DNA from: Chthoniobacteraceae bacterium
GTDB taxonomy: Bacteria; Verrucomicrobiota; Verrucomicrobiia; Chthoniobacterales; Chthoniobacteraceae
NCBI GenBank assembly: GCA_040081625.1
Contig: JBEBGD010000028.1
Coordinates: 1 to 54,938, forward strand
Length of the DNA: 54,938 nt
Direction: 5' to 3'
Of the stretch, positions 1 through 9,099 are shown one piece after another. The notes beneath the pieces were generated by a model. That model saw only the letters and a program-made list of their open reading frames with translations, did not search any database and was not told the DNA's origin. Every line of letters begins with the position of its first letter. Within the stretch, counting starts at the first letter, position 1. The position numbers and the translations under genes are program-made.

Positions 1-551
1 GGCCGAAGGAGCGCAAAGGCGAATCCGTCCTCCTGCGGAAAACCGGCACCCGGCCCGCGAGCGGCGCGCTTTTCACCCCGCCAAACACCACCCGCACGCT
101 CGACGCCGGCGACATGAAAGAGCCGCTCTTCGGCAGCGAGCTGACCTACGAAGACGTCGTGGATAACTTCTTCGCATGGGACCAGCAAACCCTTGTCGGC
201 ACCGAGGAAGTGGACGGCGTGCCCTGCCAAATCCTCGAATCGAAACCCGGCAAGGGCGGCCGTTCGAGCTACGGCCGCGTGCGCAGTTGGATCGACCCCC
301 GCCGCCTCGTCCCGCTCCGCGTCGAAAAATACTCCCCCGCCAACCAACCCCTCCGCCGCATCGACACCACCCGCGTCGTTAGCGTCGATGGCCGCCAGAC
401 CCCCGCGAATCTCACCATACGCCGGCCCGGCCAGACCTCGTCCACGACAATGGACGGCTCGAAACTCCAACGCGGCGTTACTTACACTGGCAGCGAGTTC
501 ACGCCCGACGGCATCAAGGAAGTTACAGGCGCGCGTTCCGCACCCGAGTAG
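1..551 (+). CDS. Outer-membrane lipoprotein-sorting (LolA-like) protein, 5'-truncated by the window edge
   Basis: The frame is open from position 3 (PKERKGESVLLRK...). It contains 'LFGSELTYED', 'YGRVRSWIDP..LVPLRVEKY' and a C-terminal 'FTPDGI', as in LolA_like proteins. Confidence 0.65.
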   Translation, partial: PKERKGESVLLRKTGTRPASGALFTPPNTTRTLDAGDMKEPLFGSELTYEDVVDNFFAWDQQTLVGTEEVDGVPCQILESKPGKGGRSSYGRVRSWIDPRRLVPLRVEKYSPANQPLRRIDTTRVVSVDGRQTPANLTIRRPGQTSSTTMDGSKLQRGVTYTGSEFTPDGIKEVTGARSAPE

Positions 552-814
552 TCATCCCAGTCAGGGCCGCTCGCCCACTCGGCGATATGACGGCTGCGCA
601 GGCAAGGGTGGCAGGTTCTAAATCCCGAAGGCCCGTGGAGATTCATCTCCCAGAACGGTTCATAGGATTCATGGATCGGTCACGCAATCATCAGTCCCGG
701 CGTGTCGATTCAGCAGTCCTCCTAATGCTACGAGGCTGAAGGTGTTGTCCTTGCAGGGCCGAAGGCGTCAATTCCCGTGTCAGATCACGCGGCCCTCGTG
801 GTATCAATCGGTCA

Positions 815-1576
815 ATGACCGTCGTGAACCATCCGTTTCTCGCTTCCATCTTCATCGTCGTGGTTGCCGCCAGCGCGGTGCGCTCGGCATTACCGGACGT
901 TTCATCGCCAGGCTTCGTCCCGCTTTTCAACGGGAAAGATCTTGAGGGATGGACCACGCGCCAGCCCGACAACAAAGACTGGAGCGTCGTGGATGGCGTC
1001 ATCGACTGCGATCCAAAAGGTGACTCGCCGGGCGATCGGAACCTGTGGACGACGAAGGAATACGGCGACTTCGAACTGTGGCTGGATTGGCGGATCAAGG
1101 AGAGTCCCCTCGCAAATCGGAAGGCACGGGTCATCCTGCCCGATGGCAGCTACGAGAAGGACGATTCGGGCAGCGTGATCGCCGTCACCGTGCCGAACAC
1201 CGACTCGGGGGTATTCCTTCGCGGCCAGCACAAATCCCAGGTGAACATCTGGTGCTGGCCGGTCGGCTCGGGCGAGGTCTGGGGTTACCGGACCGACCTG
1301 GCCTTTCCCGCGACGGTGCATGCCGGGGCGACGCCGAAGGTGAAAGCCGACCGGCCGATTGGCGAGTGGAACACATTCCACATCCTGATGAAGGGCGACC
1401 GCCTGACGGTCACGCTCAACGACAAGCTGGTCATCGACGACGCGCAGTTGCCGGGAATTCCACGTCGGGGGCCGCTCGCTCTCCAGCTACATCCCGAAAG
1501 GAAGGACGGAGAATGGGGCGCCTCGCTGGTGCAATTCCGGAACATCAGGATCAAGGAGCTTACAGGCGCGAGGTAG
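815..1576 (+). CDS. DUF1080 (3-keto-disaccharide hydrolase family) secreted protein
   Basis: Signal peptide followed by 'GFVPLFNGKDLEGW', 'YGDFELWLDW', 'DSGVFLRG', 'GEWNTFHI', 'LALQLH' and 'FRNIRIKEL'. Confidence 0.9.
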   Translation: MTVVNHPFLASIFIVVVAASAVRSALPDVSSPGFVPLFNGKDLEGWTTRQPDNKDWSVVDGVIDCDPKGDSPGDRNLWTTKEYGDFELWLDWRIKESPLANRKARVILPDGSYEKDDSGSVIAVTVPNTDSGVFLRGQHKSQVNIWCWPVGSGEVWGYRTDLAFPATVHAGATPKVKADRPIGEWNTFHILMKGDRLTVTLNDKLVIDDAQLPGIPRRGPLALQLHPERKDGEWGASLVQFRNIRIKELTGAR

Positions 1577-1581
1577 GGCAG

Positions 1582-1824
1582 ATGCTCCGTGCATGGCGGA
1601 GCTGCGTTGAAACGGTGCTGCCGCACGAACTGCCGGCGTGCTGGGGTCTGCTCGTGCGTGATGCGGGCAGCCTGCGATTGGTGGTGAAGCCCGTGCTGCA
1701 CGAAGTCGGTGAGGCGGAACGGCTGTCGTTGCTTCACCGGATCTCGCTTGCGGCCACGCGCGCGGTGAACCGCGAGCACGGCGTGACCTTCGACGAAGTG
1801 GAGCAGGTGGGTGAGGGGAACTGA
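1582..1824 (+). pseudogene. Short ORF or C-terminal remnant with an ELPxxWGLL motif (MmcB-like nuclease family tail?)
   Basis: Translates as ...VLPHELPACWGLLVRDAGSLRLVVKPV...LLHRISLAATRAVNR. It looks like real protein but has no recognisable N-terminal part. Confidence 0.35.
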
Positions 1825-1898
1825 GTTTGCAGATGGATTGGGAGCCTGTCAGCGCACGATACGCCGCAAAGGCGCATTTGCATGTTTAGGAACCTCGT

Positions 1899-1918
1899 GT
1901 CACGAAACGGTCACGAAA
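1899..1918. repeat. Tandem direct repeat GTCACGAAA x2 (11-bp period), resembling integrase arm-type sites
   Basis: gtcacgaaa occurs at 1899-1907 and 1910-1918, about 80 bp beyond the tRNA 3' end. Confidence 0.55.
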
Positions 1919-1998
1919 TTTCGGATCGGTCATTTTGTGAGGCGTGCTCGATCGCTCCGGAAGCAAGTATTGAAGCCACTCTCGGGCCATTTTAGAAA

Positions 1999-2075
1999 TG
2001 GCGGAGCCTACGGGACTCGAACCCGCAACCTCTGCCGTGACAGGGCAGCGCTCTAACCGATTGAGCTAAGGCTCC
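1999..2075 (-). tRNA. tRNA-Asp(GTC)
   Basis: The reverse complement GGAGCCTTAGCTCAATCGGTTAGAGCGCTGCCCTGTCACGGCAGAGGTTGCGGGTTCGAGTCCCGTAGGCTCCGCCA forms a cloverleaf with anticodon GTC, a TTCGA T-loop and an encoded CCA. Confidence 0.97.
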
Positions 2076-2090
2076 GTTTAGGAGGGGCGC

Positions 2091-2118
2091 AGGGTAGGCG
2101 GAAGGGACGGGGCGGCAA
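2091..2118 (-). promoter_or_regulatory. Sigma70-like promoter of tRNA-Asp
   Basis: Minus strand TTGCCG-N16-TACCCT, 15 nt upstream of the tRNA 5' end. Confidence 0.5.
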
Positions 2119-2185
2119 ACCGTTTTTTCCGAAATCTCCGGCGCACCTTTGCGGCGCGAGCCGGGACACGCTAGAGGCTGCGGCG

Positions 2186-3685
2186 ATGCACGAAGAACAA
2201 TGCGATGTCGCCATCGTTGGCGGCGCTTTTAGCGGTGCTGCGACGGCGATGCTGATCAAGCGGCGGCATCCGGCGGCGCGTGTCGTCATCATCGAGAAGG
2301 CGGACGCGTTTGATCGCAAGGTGGGGGAATCGACGACGGAGGTCAGTTCGTGCTTCCTCACGCGTGTGCTCGGGATCACGCAGCATCTGGGGCACGAACA
2401 GCTCGCCAAGCAAGGGCTGCGCTTTTGGTTTACGCCTTCCGTGGACGAGGCGTTCGATCGCTGCGTGGAGATGGGCGCTCGCTACAACTCGCGGCTGCCG
2501 GGTTTCCAGGTCGATCGCGCGACGCTCGATGAACACGTGCTCAAGCTCGCGTGCGACGCGGGCTGCGAGCTGTGGCGGCCGGCAAAGGTCGGCGCGGTCG
2601 ATGTCGAGGCTCGGCGCGTGGAAGTGGGCGACCGCGTTTTGTGCGCGAAGTGGATCGTCGATGCGACCGGGCGCGCGGCGTTGCTCGCGCGGCAGCTCGG
2701 GCACTTCCGCGCGAACACGGATCACCCGATCAACTCGCTCTGGGCGCGCTTTCGCGGGGTGAAGGATTGGGACGGCTGCGACCTGCGCGAACGATTCCCC
2801 GCGTGGGCTGGGGCGACGCGCACGGCGCGCTCTTGGGCGACGAATCACCTCATGGGCTACGGCTGGTGGTGCTGGATCATCCCGCTCAAGGGGGGCGATA
2901 CGAGCGTGGGCCTCGTATATGACTCGCGACTTTTTCAGCCGCCGGCGGGCGCGACGATCGGTGGGCGGCTCCAGGCGCACTTCTCCACGCACCCGGTCGG
3001 TCGCGAAATCCTCAGCTCGGCGGAGCCGATCGAAGGCGATCAACGCGCGTTTTCGTCGCTCGCATATTGGTCGGAAAAGATCGCGGATGATGGCTGGGTG
3101 TGCGTGGGCGACGCGGCGAGCTTTCTCGATCCGCTCTACAGCTCGGGCCTGGATTTCTGCGCGTTCACGGCGAGTGGCGCTGCGGCGCTGATCTGCCGGT
3201 CGCTCGATGGCGAGGATGTGCGCGGAGCGGCGGAGGAGTTCAATACGCGGTTCCAGTTCTGCCATCGCGCGTGGTTCGAGGGGATCTATCGGGACAAGTA
3301 TTATTACGTCGGCGACGCGGAGCTTTGGGCTGCGGCGTTCCTGCTCGATATCGTGAGCTATCATCTCGGCCCGGTGCGGCAGGTGTATGCGGACCCGGCG
3401 CGGAGGTTCGAGCAGTTTCCCTTCGAGGGTGTTCCGGGGCGCGTCGCGCGCTGCGTGCTTTCCTTCTACAATCGCCGGCTGGTGCGCCTCGCGCAGCGGC
3501 GCATGGCTGCGGGTGTTTACGGCCGGCGCAATGCGGGCTGGCGGCTGCTCGTCGGCGGATTCCTGCCGGATGCGAGCGCGCTGCGACTGCTGCTGCGCGG
3601 CGTGTGCTGGTGGCTGCGCGCGGAGTGGTGCGATTTGTTCCTGCGAGTGCCGGTGCCGCCGGTCAGAGATAGACCAGCGCGATGA
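2186..3685 (+). CDS. Flavin-dependent halogenase-like FAD oxidoreductase
   Basis: N-terminal VAIVGGAFSG FAD motif, 'KVGES', Lys in 'LAKQG', a WxWxIP motif (WCWIIP) and 'GDAASFLDPLYSSG'. Confidence 0.8.
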   Translation: MHEEQCDVAIVGGAFSGAATAMLIKRRHPAARVVIIEKADAFDRKVGESTTEVSSCFLTRVLGITQHLGHEQLAKQGLRFWFTPSVDEAFDRCVEMGARYNSRLPGFQVDRATLDEHVLKLACDAGCELWRPAKVGAVDVEARRVEVGDRVLCAKWIVDATGRAALLARQLGHFRANTDHPINSLWARFRGVKDWDGCDLRERFPAWAGATRTARSWATNHLMGYGWWCWIIPLKGGDTSVGLVYDSRLFQPPAGATIGGRLQAHFSTHPVGREILSSAEPIEGDQRAFSSLAYWSEKIADDGWVCVGDAASFLDPLYSSGLDFCAFTASGAAALICRSLDGEDVRGAAEEFNTRFQFCHRAWFEGIYRDKYYYVGDAELWAAAFLLDIVSYHLGPVRQVYADPARRFEQFPFEGVPGRVARCVLSFYNRRLVRLAQRRMAAGVYGRRNAGWRLLVGGFLPDASALRLLLRGVCWWLRAEWCDLFLRVPVPPVRDRPAR

Positions 3686-4823
3686 CGATGAGTGCGAGGA
3701 GCACGACCGCGCCGGCGATGAGCAGAGCGAGCAAGATTCCCGGCCGCTCGTCGTCGTGCCGGATCGGGAGCAGCGCCGCGGTCTTGCTCGGGTCCGGTCC
3801 GGGCGGGGCGGGGCTCAGTGGCTTCCATCCCGCGGCGCGCTCCGGCGCCGGTTTCTGCCTGGCGGGTGGGAGGATGACGCTCGTGCCGAGATCGGAGCTT
3901 CCGAGTTTGCTGTGCTCGGGCTTGAGCCAGCGCACGACGTCGCGCACGGAGCTCGGGCGCAGTCGCTGATCCTTGGCGAGGCAGGCGGCGATCGCACTTT
4001 CCCAAGTCTCCGGCACGGGCGGCAGTTTGCCCTTGCCCATTTCGTAACGGCGCGCGCCCACGGTCGGCGCGCGTTTTTCGAGAGCGATCAGATCGAGTGT
4101 GCTCCCGTGAAAGGGCGTGGTGCCGGTGAGCAGGTGAAAGAGCGTCGCGCCGAGCGAATAGACGTCGTCCGCGATCTCGGGCCGCGAACCGTGGAGCTGC
4201 TGCGGGCTCATGTAGGCGAGCGTGCCGGGGCGCGCGCCGGTCTTGGTGTGATGCGCTGCCGCGCCGGCCAGCGTCATGGCGAGGCCGAAGTCGGCGACCT
4301 TCAACCGGCCGGTGGTCGTGATCATCAGGTTCGCGGGCTTGATGTCGCTGTGGATGATTCCTTCGCTGCGGTGCAGGTAGTCGAAGACCGACCCAAGCTG
4401 CGGCAGCCACACCTCGATATCCTCGGGTTGGAGGCAGCCTTTCGCGCTCTTCGCGACCAGTTCCGCGAGCGTCGCGCCATCGATGAACTCCATCACGATC
4501 GCCGTGTGCTGCGTGTCGAAGACGAGGTCGTGAACGCGGACGATGTTCGGGTGCGAGAGATGCCGCAGCGTGCGCACTTCCCGCTTGAGCTCGTCGAGCG
4601 AAGCAGCCTGGCCGGTGAATTGTTCGTTGAGGAATTTCAGCGCGACCGTCTCGCCGAGGAAAAGATCCTCCGCGCGCCACACCTCGCCGTAGCTGCCCAC
4701 GCCGAGACTTCGCGTGAGCTGATAGCGGCCGAATGCCGGTGCCGCCACCTCGCCCACGGGCGGCACGGGTGTGTGGGAGTCGGCGGGGCTTGGCGCTGGC
4801 GGAAGCGGCGGGTCGTCGCTCAT
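3663..4823 (-). CDS. Hanks-type Ser/Thr protein kinase with C-terminal transmembrane helix
   Basis: LGVGSYGEV, VALKFL, HSDIKPAN, ADFG, GTLAYMSPQ, and a hydrophobic C-terminus. Start taken at MSDDPP (4823). Confidence 0.92.
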   Translation of the reverse strand: MSDDPPLPPAPSPADSHTPVPPVGEVAAPAFGRYQLTRSLGVGSYGEVWRAEDLFLGETVALKFLNEQFTGQAASLDELKREVRTLRHLSHPNIVRVHDLVFDTQHTAIVMEFIDGATLAELVAKSAKGCLQPEDIEVWLPQLGSVFDYLHRSEGIIHSDIKPANLMITTTGRLKVADFGLAMTLAGAAAHHTKTGARPGTLAYMSPQQLHGSRPEIADDVYSLGATLFHLLTGTTPFHGSTLDLIALEKRAPTVGARRYEMGKGKLPPVPETWESAIAACLAKDQRLRPSSVRDVVRWLKPEHSKLGSSDLGTSVILPPARQKPAPERAAGWKPLSPAPPGPDPSKTAALLPIRHDDERPGILLALLIAGAVVLLALIVIALVYL

Positions 4824-4948
4824 CGTGGAGTTGAAGATGATGGATGGATGGACGCGTGGCGGCTCATCGGGGGTGCAGACTATCGCGTCCGCCGCGTCGC
4901 GCAAAGCTCGCTGCGCAGGCGCGCGTCCGGCCTTAGCCTTGCACTTCC

Positions 4949-5770
4949 GTGATCTCGCGCCTCTTCGCCTACCTCTGCCGCTTCGCTCCGCTCAAACGCC
5001 TGCTCTGGCGGCGGTGGTATCAATTCCTCGCCGACCGTTACCAGCTCCCGGAATGGCAGATTATGAACTACGGCTACGCGCCGATGTCGCTCCCGCTCGA
5101 TGCCGCGGATGAGCCGGAGCGATACGGCATCCATCTCTATCATCACGTCGCCAGCGCGGTGCCGATCGAGGGCTGCGACGTGCTGGAAGTCGGCTGCGGA
5201 CGGGGCGGGGGAGCGGCTTACGTGCATCGCGCGTTGCGCCCGGCGACGATGACTGCGGTGGATTTCTCCGCAAACGCCATCGCGCTCTGCCAGCAACGCT
5301 ACACGTGCGCCGGGCTCACGTTTCAAGTCGCCGACGCCGAGGCGCTGCCTTTCCCGGCGGAGAGTTTCGATGCGGTCGTGAACGTGGAATCCTCGCACTG
5401 CTACGGCTCGATGGAGGCCTTCGTGCGCGAAGTGCAGCGCGTGTTGAAGCCGGGCGGTTACTTCCTCCACGCGGACTTCCGCGACGGCGACAAGATCGGG
5501 CACTGGCGCGAGCAACTGCTCGGCTCGGGTCTGCGAATCGTGCAGGAGACCGACATCACGCCGAACGTCCTCGCTGCGCTCGACGCGGACCACGAGCGCA
5601 AGCTCGCGCTCATGCGCCGCATCCTGCCGCCGCGGCTATTCGGCCCGTTCCAGGACTTCGCGGCGCTAAAGGGCTCGCTCGTCTATGAGCACTTCCGCAC
5701 CGGCGGGATGCGATATTTCCACTTCGTCCTGCGCAAGGACGAGCACTCGCTCACAGATCCATCGCCATGA
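4949..5770 (+). CDS. Class I SAM-dependent methyltransferase (mycobacterial phthiotriol/fatty-acid methyltransferase-like)
   Basis: 'MNYGY', 'LYHH', 'VLEVGCGRGGG', 'DAEALPF..ESFDAVVNVESSHCY'. Confidence 0.88.
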   Translation: MISRLFAYLCRFAPLKRLLWRRWYQFLADRYQLPEWQIMNYGYAPMSLPLDAADEPERYGIHLYHHVASAVPIEGCDVLEVGCGRGGGAAYVHRALRPATMTAVDFSANAIALCQQRYTCAGLTFQVADAEALPFPAESFDAVVNVESSHCYGSMEAFVREVQRVLKPGGYFLHADFRDGDKIGHWREQLLGSGLRIVQETDITPNVLAALDADHERKLALMRRILPPRLFGPFQDFAALKGSLVYEHFRTGGMRYFHFVLRKDEHSLTDPSP

Positions 5771-6114
5771 AGGCGCTATTCGGGAGCCGCTCCGGAAAAG
5801 CCGGACGCACGACTTCATGGATTACTCTCGCGACCTTTTTTCCGCTCCCGATTCCTATGAAGCTGTCGGGAGTTTGATGCGTGCCCCATCGCCATTTCCT
5901 CCCGGCCCGAGGAGTCGCGGCAATGTTCGCCCGATTCGCCTGCGCAGTGGTGGGTGCATGTCCCTCGCATCGCTTGGATGGACCGCAGTCCACGGGGCGG
6001 TGCTGAGAGTGCGGGCCGACTGATCCGGCGGACGCGATCCTGGCACGCGCGATAAAGAGCTACTTTGTTTTTGACGCCGCCCCGGCTCGCCCGCACACGT
6101 TCCGCCTTCCATCT

Positions 6115-7503
6115 ATGGCAAACTACGACCTCATCGTGATCGGAGCAGGACCGGCGGGCTATGTCGCCGCGATCAAAGCTGCGCAACTCGGAAAAAAAGT
6201 GGCGTGCATCGAGAAGGATCGCGGGGGCGGCACTTGCAACAACTGGGGCTGCATCCCGACCAAGGCGCTGCTCAAGAACGCGGAGATGTATCACACGATG
6301 GCGCACCGGGCGGCGGAGTTTGGGTTCGCGTTTGAGAAGCTTTCCTTTGACTGGCCGGCGATCGTGAAGCGCTCGCGCGTGGTGAGCGACAAGGGGGCGG
6401 CGGGCGTGGAGTATCTTTTCAAAAAGAACAAGATCGACTCGATCCGCGGCGAGGCGTCGATGGACAAAGCGGGCGAGGTGAAGGTGAAGCTCGCCGACGG
6501 GAAGACGGAGACGCACACGGCGGCGAAGGTGCTCATCGCGACGGGGTGCGTGTCGAAGCCGATGCCGGGGCTCGCTTTCAACGGGAAGACGGTGATCGGG
6601 TCGAAGGAGGCAATGATTTTGGAGAAGCTGCCGAAGTCGGTCGTCATCATCGGCGCGGGGGCGATCGGGGTGGAGTTCGCCTACATTTTCAACGCGTTCG
6701 GCGTGAAGGTGACGATCGTCGAGATGCTGCCGAATCTTCTGCCAGTCGAGGATACGGAGGTGTCGCAGGTGCTGGAGAAGTCGTTCGCGAAGGCCGGAAT
6801 AGCGCTGCTGCTCGGGCACAAGACGACGAAGACCGAGGCGGGCGACAAGGGCGTGAAGATCACAGTCGCCGATGCGAAAGGCGCGGAGCAGACGCTCGAT
6901 GCCGATGCGTGCCTCGTGGCGATCGGAGTGGCGCCGGTGCTGCCGGGCGGGGCGCTGAAGCTCGAGCTGGACCGCGGTTTTCTAAAGACGAGCGATCGCT
7001 ACGAGACGAGCGCGCCTGGGGTGTTCGCGGCTGGGGATATCAGCGGGCCGCCGTGGCTGGCGCACGTCGGGAGTTTCGAGGCGGTGCAGGCGGTGCAGGG
7101 GATGTTCGATGCGAAGTTCAAGCCGAAGAAGGTGACGGTCTTCCCCGGATGCACCTACTGCCATCCGCAGGTCGCGAGCGTGGGCTTGACCGAGCGCGCA
7201 GCGAAGGAGGCGGGGAAGAAATTTAAGGTCGGGAAGTTTCCGTTCATGGCGAGTGGCAAGGCGCGTGCGATCGGCGAGAGCGAGGGCTTCGTGAAGCTGA
7301 TCGTAGGCGAGCCGCACGGAGAGATCCTCGGCGCGCACATCATCGGGCCGGAGGCGACGGAGATGATCGCGGAGCTGGGGCTGGCGATCACGCTCGAGGC
7401 GACGTGGGAGGAGATCGAAGCGACCATCCACGCGCATCCGACGCTGAGCGAAGCGGTGCATGAGGCGGCGGAAGTCGCCGCGGGGCACGCGATTCATATT
7501 TAG
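6115..7503 (+). CDS. lpdA: Dihydrolipoyl dehydrogenase
   Basis: IGAGPAGY, redox CxxxxC (GGTCNNWGCIPTK), GAGAIG and C-terminal HAHPTLSE. Confidence 0.96.
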   Translation: MANYDLIVIGAGPAGYVAAIKAAQLGKKVACIEKDRGGGTCNNWGCIPTKALLKNAEMYHTMAHRAAEFGFAFEKLSFDWPAIVKRSRVVSDKGAAGVEYLFKKNKIDSIRGEASMDKAGEVKVKLADGKTETHTAAKVLIATGCVSKPMPGLAFNGKTVIGSKEAMILEKLPKSVVIIGAGAIGVEFAYIFNAFGVKVTIVEMLPNLLPVEDTEVSQVLEKSFAKAGIALLLGHKTTKTEAGDKGVKITVADAKGAEQTLDADACLVAIGVAPVLPGGALKLELDRGFLKTSDRYETSAPGVFAAGDISGPPWLAHVGSFEAVQAVQGMFDAKFKPKKVTVFPGCTYCHPQVASVGLTERAAKEAGKKFKVGKFPFMASGKARAIGESEGFVKLIVGEPHGEILGAHIIGPEATEMIAELGLAITLEATWEEIEATIHAHPTLSEAVHEAAEVAAGHAIHI

Positions 7504-7507
7504 TCGG

Positions 7508-7535
7508 TTGCCGCCCGCGCGGCGCTTCGTATTTT
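7508..7535 (+). promoter_or_regulatory. Sigma70-like promoter, 10 nt before the ATG at 7546
   Basis: TTGCCG-N16-TATTTT. Confidence 0.45.
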
Positions 7536-7545
7536 CCGCGCCCTT

Positions 7546-8208
7546 ATGGAAATCATCCCGATCGAATTCTTCGGCGTGCATGTCGATGTGCCGTTCCCGG
7601 CGCCCGTCGGCATTCAGGGGGCGAAGCTCGAAAAGTTTGGCGCGAAGATCTGCGACACGAAGGAGGGACTCTCGATCCGGGCGGACCAGATCCGGCTCAA
7701 GAAGTGGGACGATCTTTTCGGCTACGAGCTGACGGCGCATTTCTTCGGCGACAACGGCCAGCTCACGCTCGCGTCGGATCGCGCGAAGCTTTTCGTGCGG
7801 AACGCACGGACGCAGGGCGACTGGAACGTGATCATGCAGACGTTCACGAAGTTTTATACGCTCATGGAGTTCGACCCGAAGACCACGACGGTCCTCTCGT
7901 GTCACGTTCACGCGAAGTTTCCGTCGGTCGAGGAGCGCGACGAGTGGCTCAATCAGTTTTCGCACAACGCGCTCTGCTCGAAGTCGGCGGCGCTCGGGTA
8001 TGTGAAAATCTTCGACTGGGAGAAGGATATCCGGGTGCTGATCGAGCAGTCGAACGTGGTGCAGGACGGGATTTTCGTGTCGTGGGACACGCAGTTCGAC
8101 AACAGCGAGGACGACTGGGACGCGTTCCTCGGCTCGCTGCTCCAGATGATGGAGAACGCGGCGAACATGTTCGAGCTCGGCTTCGATCCGCTGCGCGAGC
8201 GGGTGTAG
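7546..8208 (+). CDS. Hypothetical protein (220 aa)
   Basis: Clean ORF with strong GC3 codon bias and globular, acidic composition. No family recognised. Confidence 0.8.
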   Translation: MEIIPIEFFGVHVDVPFPAPVGIQGAKLEKFGAKICDTKEGLSIRADQIRLKKWDDLFGYELTAHFFGDNGQLTLASDRAKLFVRNARTQGDWNVIMQTFTKFYTLMEFDPKTTTVLSCHVHAKFPSVEERDEWLNQFSHNALCSKSAALGYVKIFDWEKDIRVLIEQSNVVQDGIFVSWDTQFDNSEDDWDAFLGSLLQMMENAANMFELGFDPLRERV

Positions 8209-8212
8209 CGGC

Positions 8213-8989
8213 TCAGGTCATCCGCACCGGGATCGCCTCGGCATCGAGATAGCGCTTCACGTCGGCGACGCTGTATTCGCCGAAGTGAAAGATGCTCGCG
8301 GCGAGCACGGCGTCCGCCTTGCCCTCGCGCAACACGGCGACGAGATGCTCGAGCTTGCCCGCGCCGCCGCTGGCGACGACCGGCACGCCGACGGACTCGC
8401 TGATGCGGCGCGTGATCGGGATGTCGTAACCGGCGCGCGTGCCGTCGGCGTCGATGGAATTGAGCACGATCTCGCCGGCGCCGAGCGCGACGGCGCGCGT
8501 GGCCCACTCGACGGCATCGAGGCCGGTGGGTTTGCGTCCGCCGTGGGTGAAGACTTCCCATTTATCCGGCGCGACGCGCTTGCAGTCGATCGAGACGACG
8601 ATGCACTGGCTGCCGAATTTCTCCGCGCCGCCGGAGATGAGTGGCGGGTTGTCGATCGCGCTGGAGTTGATGCTCACCTTGTCCGCGCCGGCCTTGAGCA
8701 TCGCGCCCATGTCTTCGACGGTGCGGATGCCGCCGCCGACGGTCAGCGGCATGAAGCATTTCTCGGCGGTGCGCTCAATCACGCCGACCATCGTGTCGCG
8801 ACCGTGGGCGCTCGCGGTGATGTCGAAGAAAACCATCTCATCTGCGCCCTGCTCGTTGTAGCGCATCGCGAGTTCGACCGGGTCGCCGACATTGCGCAGG
8901 CCGCCATCTTCGGCGCGGCCGAACTGCACGCCGCGGGTGACTTTGCCTTCATGGCAGTCGAGGCAGGGGATGACACGTTTTGTGAGCAT
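8213..8989 (-). CDS. hisF: Imidazole glycerol phosphate synthase cyclase subunit
   Basis: [48 protein letters not shown]. Confidence 0.97.
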   Translation of the reverse strand: MLTKRVIPCLDCHEGKVTRGVQFGRAEDGGLRNVGDPVELAMRYNEQGADEMVFFDITASAHGRDTMVGVIERTAEKCFMPLTVGGGIRTVEDMGAMLKAGADKVSINSSAIDNPPLISGGAEKFGSQCIVVSIDCKRVAPDKWEVFTHGGRKPTGLDAVEWATRAVALGAGEIVLNSIDADGTRAGYDIPITRRISESVGVPVVASGGAGKLEHLVAVLREGKADAVLAASIFHFGEYSVADVKRYLDAEAIPVRMT

Positions 8990-9099
8990 TCGTTGTATGA
9001 GTAAAGCCCCGGCGCATGGGAAAAGCGGTTGACCCACTGGACTCAGGCGCTAAAACGCGCCCCGGTTCTCCTCGGGCAGGCAGTTACAAAAAATCACAT

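Noticed and set aside
5771..6114. Riboswitch or ncRNA upstream of lpdA
   Set aside because: Only a short hairpin (ctcccga...tcgggag) is present, with no aptamer consensus I recognise.
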